A stretch of 64,000 bases of DNA from NCBI GenBank assembly GCA_964588165.1, contig CAZPMS010000003.1, forward strand, positions 10,031 through 74,030. Direction: 5' to 3'. This DNA is from an uncultured Gammaproteobacteria bacterium. GTDB lineage: Bacteria; Patescibacteriota; Patescibacteriia; UBA1558; UBA10009. Shown here piece by piece: positions 56,185 through 64,000 of the stretch (position 1 is its first letter; each line of letters opens with the position of its first letter). The notes below the pieces were generated by a model. It made no database searches and was not told the DNA's origin. It saw only the letters and a list, made by a program, of their open reading frames with translations. Both the position numbers and the translations under genes were made by a program.

Positions 56185-56450
56185 ACCCTGGAATCATGTG
56201 CCAGGTTTAGTGCGAGTTTGGTAGGCTTGCGCTATCGCGCCTGGGTTGTTATCTGGCGGATTGAGTACCGTCAAATAACTTGCTGGTTGTGGGACCAACA
56301 AACCCGTGCGTGAACTCCCTCACTGCCCGTCAGCGTCCTGTTGACGGGAGCAAACAACTTACTTCTAATACACATCAACTTCAACCAAGGAGATTACTGA
56401 AGGTTTCCATATCATCTACAAAAGCTTAACATCAGTTAAGCTTTTTATTT
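56185..56450 (+). ncRNA. Putative sRNA unit 5 (about 265 nt)
   Basis: TTGACA (56151-56156), 16-bp spacer, TATAAT (56173-56178). Terminator aaaagcttaacATCAGttaagctttt plus a U-run. GC-rich, structured, no ORF. Confidence 0.4.
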
Positions 56451-57235
56451 TTGTACTTAAAATAATATTTCAGCCAACTCAATAAATGGGTTCTGGCTGA
56501 CTTTGAAAAAATTGATGAAAATAAATTGCCTTCTGCTGAGATCCTTTGATGGTAATGGATAACACTTGCTTCTGCCACATACCACACTTCCCATTTTTTT
56601 TCCCAAAACCGCCGGCACCAGTCTAAATCTTCCATATATAAAAAATATCTTTCATCCAATAAGCCAACTTCATCAATGGCACTTTTTCTAACCATCAAAC
56701 AAGCGCCAAATAGCCAATCAACTTTGGCATTAGACATATGGTCCCAATCCATCATTAAATAGTGTTCGTTCCATTTTTTCCCTTTCTTTGTTCTGGATAA
56801 AAATGTCCTCCTATAAAAAGGCAGTTTCCAGTCTGGGAATCTGGAGCAAGTAAACTGGATAGAGCCATCCGGATTTTTAATTTTTGGCCCGGCAATGCCT
56901 ATCCGCAAATTAGCCTCCATAAACTTATATAATTTGGTAATTGCATCTGATAAAATAGTAACATCGGGATTTAAAATTAATATATATTTTCCTTTGGCAA
57001 TTTTTATTCCTAAATTATTTCCTGCCGCATAACCCCTGTTCTCTGCAGCTCTAATAAATTTAACATCAATGAATTCATTTTTAACCATCTCTTCTATATT
57101 ATCTCCGGAGTTATTATCAACCACAATAATTTCATAATCTAAAGGAATATTTAAAGACCTTAAACCTTTTAAGCTTTGTTTTACCAGCCCTTTTTGCTTA
57201 TAGCTTAATATTATAATTGATAAATCTTTACTCAT
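56432..57235 (-). CDS. GT2-family glycosyltransferase
   Basis: N-terminal GT-A fold (SIIILSYKQ...VVDNNSGD...DxD). Confidence 0.75.
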   Translation of the reverse strand: MSKDLSIIILSYKQKGLVKQSLKGLRSLNIPLDYEIIVVDNNSGDNIEEMVKNEFIDVKFIRAAENRGYAAGNNLGIKIAKGKYILILNPDVTILSDAITKLYKFMEANLRIGIAGPKIKNPDGSIQFTCSRFPDWKLPFYRRTFLSRTKKGKKWNEHYLMMDWDHMSNAKVDWLFGACLMVRKSAIDEVGLLDERYFLYMEDLDWCRRFWEKKWEVWYVAEASVIHYHQRISAEGNLFSSIFSKSARTHLLSWLKYYFKYKNKKLN

Positions 57236-58268
57236 ACCATTTTTCTAAACTGCTTGGCTTTATTTTAACCATATTCTTAAAAATATATTTTCGTTTTTTC
57301 TTATTGTTTTTCCGCTGTTTTAAAAACATTTTTAAACCCTCCAATGTTTGCTGTTCAAATAAAAAAATAAAGATTATTTTTTTAAACTCATACCAAAATA
57401 TATGAAAAAAGTACTTAAGAAAATTTGCCCTGAATTCATTTTTAAAAAGCATTAATAAATGATTTTTGTATGAATAAATTTTTACCATCCTGTCTTTGCG
57501 TTTTCTGCTTTCTTTTACTGCCTTATCGCGTAAATCTTTGCCAGCTTTTATTGTCCTATCATGATAAGCCTTGGCTTCGGGCAGATAAAAGGAATTAAAG
57601 CCGGCCAGGCGTAATCTGAATGATAAATCAACATCTTCTTTGTAGGCAAAAAAATCTTCATCAAAATATTCTTGGTGTGAATAGTTTTTAGATAAGCTGA
57701 TCTTTATTTTTTCCAAAGCTGACCTTCGGTATGTTGGCAAAGCTCCGGAAAGCCCAAAAACCTCTTTTGTTTTATCATATTGGCCCTTATCTATCTCCCC
57801 CTGCCCTACTTCTATTACACGATGATTTTTAAAAATTTTCAAACCCAATGAATCAATATATTTAGTCTTGCTGTTGGTGCCAAAATCCCATCTTAATATT
57901 TTACCGCCAACGGCTGCAGCTTCTGGATGATTTTCTAAATATTTTATTATTTTCTCTAGATAATCCGGTTCCAATATAATATCCTGGTTTAGCAAAGTTA
58001 TATATTTACTATTAGACCAAGAAATTGCCTGGTTATGAGTTTTAGTAAAGCCCAAATTTTTTGGATAGCTAACAACTTTAACTTGAGGATAATTTTCTGC
58101 CAAAAAACTCAAGGTATTATCAGAAGAACCGTTATCAATAACAAGCAGGTTAAAATCAGTAAAAGTCTGCTTAAAAACAGAACCCAAACAAAACGGCAAA
58201 TACTTTTCCGCATTATAAGTAACTAAATTTAAACTTAGTTTAGTTTGCTCTTTCATCATTTTTCTCAA
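57228..58268 (-). CDS. GT2-family glycosyltransferase
   Basis: LSLNLVTYN...VIDNGSSDNT and DxD blocks. Confidence 0.75.
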   Translation of the reverse strand: MRKMMKEQTKLSLNLVTYNAEKYLPFCLGSVFKQTFTDFNLLVIDNGSSDNTLSFLAENYPQVKVVSYPKNLGFTKTHNQAISWSNSKYITLLNQDIILEPDYLEKIIKYLENHPEAAAVGGKILRWDFGTNSKTKYIDSLGLKIFKNHRVIEVGQGEIDKGQYDKTKEVFGLSGALPTYRRSALEKIKISLSKNYSHQEYFDEDFFAYKEDVDLSFRLRLAGFNSFYLPEAKAYHDRTIKAGKDLRDKAVKESRKRKDRMVKIYSYKNHLLMLFKNEFRANFLKYFFHIFWYEFKKIIFIFLFEQQTLEGLKMFLKQRKNNKKKRKYIFKNMVKIKPSSLEKWYE

Positions 58269-59679
58269 TTAAACAAAATATAATTGCGCTTGCCAGCATA
58301 ATAAAACCTATGCCTAAAGGATGGTTTAAATATGGGCTAAATGTATTGGTAACAACCAAGGCAGTAAGCGAAATGAAAATTATCACGCCTGTTGCACCTA
58401 TATTCAAGCTGTCTTTGGCTATTTTAATCAATAATCCAAAATAAGCAAGCAGGCCCAGTAATCCAATTTTAAGCCAAATATCCAGATAACCCCATTCAAA
58501 GGCATAAGTTGTGTAATTGCCGTCTGGATGTTGGTTCCTAATTCTTGGATCATCACTTACATAAGTAACTTCTGTGCCAAAGCCTGAACCTAAAATAGGC
58601 TTTTTAAAAATTGCAGTTGATAATGGTTTAAGCTGCTGCAACCGGCTAGCAGATGCGGGCCCCTCTTTCAACTGAGCTCCTCTTCCGATACTAATAGAGT
58701 TGAAGCCATCAAAAATAACTGAAAGTAAGCCAATTTCTATTACGATTACAATAATAATAACCAAAACTGTTTTAACAATTTTTTTTATAGAAAATTTATA
58801 TTTAACTATTAATAAAATAAACAACATTATCAATCCGCCGATTATACCCAGCCAAAAACTTCTGGATAGGCTAATTAGAATTACCAGGCTGGATAAAACC
58901 GAAATAATTATCAAAGGCACTTTATCTTTTTTTGAATATTTCTTTAAAATAAGCAAGGTTAAGGTAAATAAAAAACCAATCATCACATAAAAATGGGCTT
59001 GGAAAAATATTCTATAAAAATTATCGGTAACTTGGGTAACTTCGGCCACTCCACTATCTCGCAACCATTTATAAAAAACTTCTCCTATTTCAACGTATTT
59101 AAAAGCAAATAAAAACAGAAAGCTGATGGTTTTTAGGCATAAATAAAAAACTGAAGCCAATAAAATGATAAAAATATTGTTAACTACCCTGCCCTCTTTT
59201 ATTACGGCATAAAAAACAGGGACCATTAAAAAATATATCCAGCCATTAGCATCAAAAATCAGATTGCTTAATCCATTATTTAATAAACCATTGGTTGTTC
59301 CCAAAGTAATAAAAATAAAAATGGCTAAATAATAGGTCAGCCACTTTGTCTTAAAAAATTCTAAGGATTTGCCCCGTAAAACATTAAACAACCAAACTGC
59401 AAATATTACTGAAAATAAACCAATCCTTATAGAAAACCTTTCATCATCTATATCCAAAAAAAATAGATGCCCTTTGGAACCTATAAAAAGTTCGGCTAAA
59501 AATATATATAGTCCATATTCCAATTTTTTTAATGATAAAAACGCCGTTAAAGAACATATTAAGACAAAGGTGATAATATTAACTACTGTAAATTGGTGAG
59601 CTAAAAATGAAAGTATTTCAAAAATCAAAATTAAAACAAAGGTAATAGCAAATTTTTTTTCGAAAAGATTATTTAACAT
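58240..59679 (-). CDS. O-antigen ligase/polymerase-like (Wzy/WaaL-type) polytopic membrane protein
   Basis: At least 10 TM with a large periplasmic loop, embedded in the GT cluster. Confidence 0.5.
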   Translation of the reverse strand: MLNNLFEKKFAITFVLILIFEILSFLAHQFTVVNIITFVLICSLTAFLSLKKLEYGLYIFLAELFIGSKGHLFFLDIDDERFSIRIGLFSVIFAVWLFNVLRGKSLEFFKTKWLTYYLAIFIFITLGTTNGLLNNGLSNLIFDANGWIYFLMVPVFYAVIKEGRVVNNIFIILLASVFYLCLKTISFLFLFAFKYVEIGEVFYKWLRDSGVAEVTQVTDNFYRIFFQAHFYVMIGFLFTLTLLILKKYSKKDKVPLIIISVLSSLVILISLSRSFWLGIIGGLIMLFILLIVKYKFSIKKIVKTVLVIIIVIVIEIGLLSVIFDGFNSISIGRGAQLKEGPASASRLQQLKPLSTAIFKKPILGSGFGTEVTYVSDDPRIRNQHPDGNYTTYAFEWGYLDIWLKIGLLGLLAYFGLLIKIAKDSLNIGATGVIIFISLTALVVTNTFSPYLNHPLGIGFIMLASAIIFCLIEKNDERAN

Positions 59680-60508
59680 TCTTAGATTTTATTGAAGATA
59701 ATAATAAACTAACGGGTGAAAGAATTAAAACAATAAAATAAATAAATGGATTTTGGTGCTTAGCTATATAGCGTAACCTGCTTTTATTATAGATCCACTG
59801 TTTTTTAAGATTGAATAACTGCCTAAAACTTTGGCCTCCATAATGAATTATACTAACCTGGCTAAAAAATAAAATCTGGTAACCGGCTTTTTTAACACGC
59901 TTACAATAATCTACTTCTTCAAACCAAATATAATACTTTTCATCTAAATATCCAACTTGTTCAAAAACCTTTCTGCTAATTACAAAAAAAGCGCCCATAA
60001 CCTGGTCTACCTCGGCAGTCTTATTATAGTTGAAATCTTTTGCTAAATATTTTTTTAAAGGGAATAGATGGTGCAGCTTAAACATCATTACTAAATGGTC
60101 TAAAAACTTAGGAAACCTACGAACCGAAGCTTGCAGAGTTAAATCATGGTTTAATAATTTACAGCCTAAAACACCCACCTTAGAATTTGTATCCAAAAAA
60201 TCTATAACTTTCTTTAATGAATTATCTTTTAATTTAGTATCAGGATTTAACAACAATAAATATTTTCCGGAAGATTTTTTAATTCCTAAATTATTGGCTT
60301 TGGCAAAGCCTAAATTAATTTTATTGGCTATTAATTTTACCTGCGGAAAGCTTTGCCCTGCCATTTCTACCGTGCCATCGCCTGAATCATTATCTATTAC
60401 TATAACTTCAAAATTAATCTGACTGGTGTGTTCAAAAATAGACTCTAGACATTGCTTAAGTAAATCCTTTACCCTCCAAGATACAATGATAATTGATAAA
60501 TCCTTCAT
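59669..60508 (-). CDS. GT2-family glycosyltransferase
   Basis: LSIIIVSWR...VIDNDSGDGT and DxD blocks. Confidence 0.75.
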   Translation of the reverse strand: MKDLSIIIVSWRVKDLLKQCLESIFEHTSQINFEVIVIDNDSGDGTVEMAGQSFPQVKLIANKINLGFAKANNLGIKKSSGKYLLLLNPDTKLKDNSLKKVIDFLDTNSKVGVLGCKLLNHDLTLQASVRRFPKFLDHLVMMFKLHHLFPLKKYLAKDFNYNKTAEVDQVMGAFFVISRKVFEQVGYLDEKYYIWFEEVDYCKRVKKAGYQILFFSQVSIIHYGGQSFRQLFNLKKQWIYNKSRLRYIAKHQNPFIYFIVLILSPVSLLLSSIKSKNVK

Positions 60509-60518
60509 ATTTATTATT

Positions 60519-61685
60519 TTATAATTTTTGTAATATCAAATCCATAATTCTCTCTACTCTTTTTAACCAACTATGATCCTTAATTATATTTAACCTCTTC
60601 TCCCTCAATTTTTCATTATCTTTAGAAATAGACTGGTTTATTAATTTATTAAACTGCTGGAAATCATCAGTAATTCCAATAAATTCTTTAAACATTTCTA
60701 CGCCTGATCCTTTGGTAGAAACTACCGGCTTGCCGCAAGCCAAATATTCATATATTTTCATGGGATTAGTTGATTCAACAAATTTATCTACCTTATGGGG
60801 AATTATTCCGACATCAAACTGCTGAATATACATAGGCACTTCTTGATAGCTTTTTCTGCCTAAAAAATAGATATTTTTATAAATTGAAAATTTATTTTTA
60901 ATTTCTTTGTACCAAACCGGACCTACCATTACAAATGATTTATCAGGATTTGTTTTTACCAAATATTCTAGCAGCTCTTGGTCCATTCTATCCTGGATTG
61001 TACCAACATAACCGATAATCGGTTTTGCTATCTCACCAATATCCCTGTTAACAACTGGGTAGTCTCCTTGATAATGCTTAAGGTCTACCCCATTGGGAAT
61101 CCAATGGACTTTTTCTCGGTTAGCATAAAGGCTTTGAAGTTCATCAGCCACTGTTAAAATTAAATTAGCTTTTTGGTCAATAATTTTATAATTTTCCTGT
61201 AACCTCTGTTTAAATTTTATATATGAAGGATGTTCAGACCAATTATCAACTGTATCAAATACAAACAGCTGGGGTTTGAGTTTTTCAAAATAATCCACCT
61301 CTAAGGGGTAATAAGACCAAACTATATAATCTTTAAAATTCAACTTTTTCAAAAACTTTTTTAATTCCTCATAAAATTTATTTTTTGAAAATATTGAAAG
61401 CACGGATGAATAAACAGTCAGCTGTTGATCAATCTCTATTGCTTTAGAAAAAGGGCTTCTAAAAACAACTTTGCTGTCTGAAATTTTTAAAATATTCTCT
61501 TTATAATTTTTTAAGCTTCTTTTAAAATTATGCGGCAAATAATCAATAGCAACAATCTTGCCAATTTTGCCATTGGCTCTTAAATTTTTCAAAATATGGA
61601 AATTGCGGTTCTGGATTCCCCTTTCCCATTCCGAAAAAGCGGACATATTAAATATTACGATATTTATTTTTTCATTTTTTTTCAT
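60519..61685 (-). CDS. GT4-like glycosyltransferase (start moved to MKKNEK at 61685)
   Basis: C-terminal GT-B block (GYVGTIQDRMD...GIIPH). The tracked N-terminal 26 codons lie in a GC-rich palindrome and are rejected. Confidence 0.55.
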   Translation of the reverse strand: MKKNEKINIVIFNMSAFSEWERGIQNRNFHILKNLRANGKIGKIVAIDYLPHNFKRSLKNYKENILKISDSKVVFRSPFSKAIEIDQQLTVYSSVLSIFSKNKFYEELKKFLKKLNFKDYIVWSYYPLEVDYFEKLKPQLFVFDTVDNWSEHPSYIKFKQRLQENYKIIDQKANLILTVADELQSLYANREKVHWIPNGVDLKHYQGDYPVVNRDIGEIAKPIIGYVGTIQDRMDQELLEYLVKTNPDKSFVMVGPVWYKEIKNKFSIYKNIYFLGRKSYQEVPMYIQQFDVGIIPHKVDKFVESTNPMKIYEYLACGKPVVSTKGSGVEMFKEFIGITDDFQQFNKLINQSISKDNEKLREKRLNIIKDHSWLKRVERIMDLILQKL

Positions 61686-61689
61686 AGTT

Positions 61690-61795
61690 TTTTTGTCTGA
61701 GACTAGCCTGCGCCTGTCCGTGTCGTCCGTGGGTGCCTGTGTAAGTCCGTGACGGACAAACACGGACGACGCGGTCTTACACTGACCAACACGGA
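61690..61795. repeat. GC-rich palindromic element (gtccgtg/cacggac repeats) between the glycosyltransferase genes
   Basis: ctgtccgtgtcgtccgtg ... cacggacgacgcgg ... cacggac. Local GC is far above the roughly 30% background. Confidence 0.5.
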
Positions 61796-61796
61796 C

Positions 61797-62894
61797 TTAA
61801 CTTAATTTATTATTTAATTTCTCCGCTTGAATTTCCCAATTAAATTTTTCCTTAATCATTTTTTGTCCATTTGAAGCAAGTTGATTGCCTTTTTTTTGAT
61901 CACTAAATAACTCAAAAATCTTTTGTGATAAATCCAAAACATTATCTGGAACTACCAATAAGCCGGTTTGATTATCAATTACTACCTCTGGAACGCCACC
62001 ACTATTTCCGGCAACCACAGGCAGCCCAAAACTTATAGCCTCCAAATAAACCATGCCAAAGCCTTCAACATCGCCATCAATATCCCTAGAAGACATTACA
62101 AACACATCAGCCAACTGATAATAAGTTGGTAACTCTTCGTCAGAAACACTTTTAATGATTTTTACATTGTCTTCTATTTTTAATTTTTGACTTATACTTT
62201 TTAAGTTTTTTTCGATTGGACCACTGCCGATAATTAAATATATCAAATTTGGGAAACTTTCTAAAAGCCGTGGCATAGCCTTAATAACCATATCCTGACC
62301 CTTTCTTTCTACCAATCTGCCAACTGTAAGTAAAACCTTTTTATCTTTAAGATTTAACTTCTCTTTGATTAACTCTATTTGATTATGGTTTATGGATTTT
62401 GGATTATTACTAATATGACAACCTGGATAAACTACTTCAACTTTATTATCATCAATATTGAGTTTTATTAATTCATTCTTTGTAAATTGACTGTTGCTGG
62501 TAATAAATTTAGCCTCTGCTAAAATCTTCTTCATTAACTTTTCTTTTTTTAAAGACTTTTGTGGCAACATAATATCCATACCATGGGTTGAAACAAAATA
62601 AGGAATCTTAAATTTCTTTTTAATTAAATAAGCTACGGTTCCAACAGGAAGAATTTGGCCAACCCAAATAATATCAGGACGATTTTTTTTGACTATTTTT
62701 TTTATCTCAAAATACAACTTCAGCCATTTTGGCCAAAAAAATTTGTAAAATGACTTTCCACTAGCTTTAAAAACTTCAACTTGATGATTATCAAGGTTTT
62801 TGACTAAATTATAATAATAATTCCCTACTCCACCCTTATCTGGCGGATATTCCATTGTTATCAATAATATTTTCATGAAATCTTTTTTACCCAA
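61797..62894 (-). CDS. GT4-family glycosyltransferase
   Basis: GT-B C-domain with an EX7E-like block (VMSSRDIDGDVEGFGMVYLEAISFGLPVV). Confidence 0.7.
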   Translation of the reverse strand: MGKKDFMKILLITMEYPPDKGGVGNYYYNLVKNLDNHQVEVFKASGKSFYKFFWPKWLKLYFEIKKIVKKNRPDIIWVGQILPVGTVAYLIKKKFKIPYFVSTHGMDIMLPQKSLKKEKLMKKILAEAKFITSNSQFTKNELIKLNIDDNKVEVVYPGCHISNNPKSINHNQIELIKEKLNLKDKKVLLTVGRLVERKGQDMVIKAMPRLLESFPNLIYLIIGSGPIEKNLKSISQKLKIEDNVKIIKSVSDEELPTYYQLADVFVMSSRDIDGDVEGFGMVYLEAISFGLPVVAGNSGGVPEVVIDNQTGLLVVPDNVLDLSQKIFELFSDQKKGNQLASNGQKMIKEKFNWEIQAEKLNNKLS

Positions 62895-63679
62895 CCCTTT
62901 AAAATTTTCTTTATTTCATCTAAATGATTTTTGTCAACAAAAGTATGTGGCGCATCTTTAATAATATACATTTCTTTTTCTCCAATTAAATTATTATATA
63001 AATATTTATTTGCTTCCATAGCTTTATCATTATCTCCAACTATTATTATAACCGGCATCGTCAATTTTTCTATTTCGGGTATTAAATCATATTTTAACTT
63101 GTCTTCCATATGCGACCATGGCAATTTCGTTATTAGGTCTGGTCTAGTTGTACTTTTTCTACTTTGCCAACCCGTTTTTTTCCAATTCTCTATTTCTTCT
63201 TTTGCTCTTTGTTTTAGTGACAATTTACCAGAAACAGTAGTTGATATTGGTGCTAGCGCCTTTACACTTTCTGGAAATTTCTCTGCATATAAAGCCGTAC
63301 AAATTCCTCCCAAACTATGTCCAGCCAAAATAAATGGCTCCTGATACCATTTTTGCTCTTTTGACCAGCTAATAACATCTTCCAAATCTTCATAATAATT
63401 TGTTATAGTAGCATCTTCGTATTTACCGTCGCTTTCACCGAAAGTGTTAGTTGTATCAAATCTAACAACTGTATATCCGTTTTCAAAAAATGCTTCAGAA
63501 AAAACTTGTATATGATTCTGCTCTTTATAGCCACTGAGTCCATGCATAACAAAAGCCAAACCTTTTTGTTTATCATTTAGTTCCAGTAAAACAACAATAT
63601 TTTGCCCCTTACGATTTTTTATTGATATCTTCATAAACTTCTTTCCTTTTTTACAAAACTTCGCCACAACAACAAGCAA
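62873..63679 (-). CDS. Alpha/beta-hydrolase fold protein
   Basis: Nucleophile elbow AGHSLGG and catalytic-triad spacing. Confidence 0.6.
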   Translation of the reverse strand: MLVVVAKFCKKGKKFMKISIKNRKGQNIVVLLELNDKQKGLAFVMHGLSGYKEQNHIQVFSEAFFENGYTVVRFDTTNTFGESDGKYEDATITNYYEDLEDVISWSKEQKWYQEPFILAGHSLGGICTALYAEKFPESVKALAPISTTVSGKLSLKQRAKEEIENWKKTGWQSRKSTTRPDLITKLPWSHMEDKLKYDLIPEIEKLTMPVIIIVGDNDKAMEANKYLYNNLIGEKEMYIIKDAPHTFVDKNHLDEIKKILKGWVKKIS

Positions 63680-64000
63680 TCGTCTTTAGTGTAGCCTTTT
63701 ATTAAATATAGAATTCCAAAATAGATTAAACCTCCAAGTGGAATCAATAAAATAAAATTAACGAATGATAAAAGATAAATAATAGCCAAATACATTAGTA
63801 AGCCGGAGAAAATGATTTTAGTGAATTTGCCAGCCAAAAACTTGCCGGAAAATGGCGTAATTTGTTTGGCCACATAAAACTGCAGTAAAAACATTAGAAA
63901 TGTACTAATTGATGAAGCAATGGCCGCACCAACATAACTGTATTTAGGAATTAAGATTACATTAAGGATTATGTTTGCCAGCATTACGATTCCAATATGG
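63631..64000 (-). CDS. Polysaccharide-biosynthesis flippase (Wzx/MATE-like), C-terminal part; the gene continues past the window end
   Basis: Hydrophobic multi-TM C-terminus. The reading frame is open through 64000. Confidence 0.45.
   Translation of the reverse strand, partial: HIGIVMLANIILNVILIPKYSYVGAAIASSISTFLMFLLQFYVAKQITPFSGKFLAGKFTKIIFSGLLMYLAIIYLLSFVNFILLIPLGGLIYFGILYLIKGYTKDDCLLLWRSFVKKERSL

Noticed and set aside
55454-56450. Interpreting the tandem units as 5S rRNA, tRNAs or small ORFs
   Set aside because: No CCGAAC/GGGAAC 5S motifs and no cloverleaf with GGTTCGAATCC. The only ATG-initiated frames are 7 to 24 codons long without an SD.
61686-61763. N-terminal 26 codons (MFVRHGLTQAPTDDTDRRRLVSDKKT) of the GT4 ORF
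   Set aside because: They are encoded by the GC-rich palindrome. The composition is alien to the rest of the gene, and a better start (MKKNEK) follows.
1-64000. CRISPR arrays, rRNA or tRNA genes
   Set aside because: No regularly spaced short direct repeats and no tRNA- or rRNA-like conserved blocks were found on either strand by eye. A tRNAscan or Infernal run could still find a divergent tRNA.

Overview
This window looks like a low-GC (about one third G+C), gene-dense bacterial chromosome segment with the hallmarks of a Candidate Phyla Radiation / Patescibacteria-type genome; that lineage call is inference. It carries a near-complete division and cell-wall (dcw) block on the + strand: mraY (5' partial), murD, ftsW, murG, murC, murB. 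A second division block lies on the - strand: ftsQ, ddl, cdd, tauE, alr.

Other core genes: prs, secA, secD, secF, fmt, def, gltX, serS, rdgB, lysS, thpR, tagA, and an M23 peptidase.

The archaeal-type AMP salvage shunt is present: a ribose-1,5-bisphosphate isomerase (e2b2 family) directly upstream of a form II/III RuBisCO large subunit, with an AMP phosphorylase about 2.6 kb downstream. A glycan-assembly cluster (GT2, GT4, Wzy-like, Wzx-like) occupies the 3' end of the window.

The host genes sit among several compositionally distinct, GC-richer insertions, listed next.

1. A mosaic island at the 3' end of secA (13.2-16.7 kb), with two copies of a displaced secA 3'-end/attachment-core sequence. 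It carries a HicB/HicA toxin-antitoxin pair, a roughly 264-nt promoter-to-terminator sRNA, and three small - strand cassette genes that share a duplicated promoter/leader module.

2. A 1-kb cluster of five promoter-and-terminator-bounded sRNA genes at 55.4-56.45 kb. Three of them have AUCAG-looped hairpins.

3. Small GC-rich ORFs, each with a consensus TTGACA-17-TATAAT promoter, at 7.9, 27.0 and 29.2 kb; and two tandem promoter/leader cassettes with unrelated ORFs at 44.7-45.5 kb.

4. A three-gene module at 20.3-24.6 kb: an HTH protein of the sigma-70 region-4 type, a membrane-anchored protein, and a soluble VirD4/TraG-like ATPase with a zinc ribbon. It is preceded by a 400-bp C-depleted purine tract.

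I found no tRNA, rRNA or CRISPR array. All calls are from reading the sequence and the ORF translations; no database searches were run.
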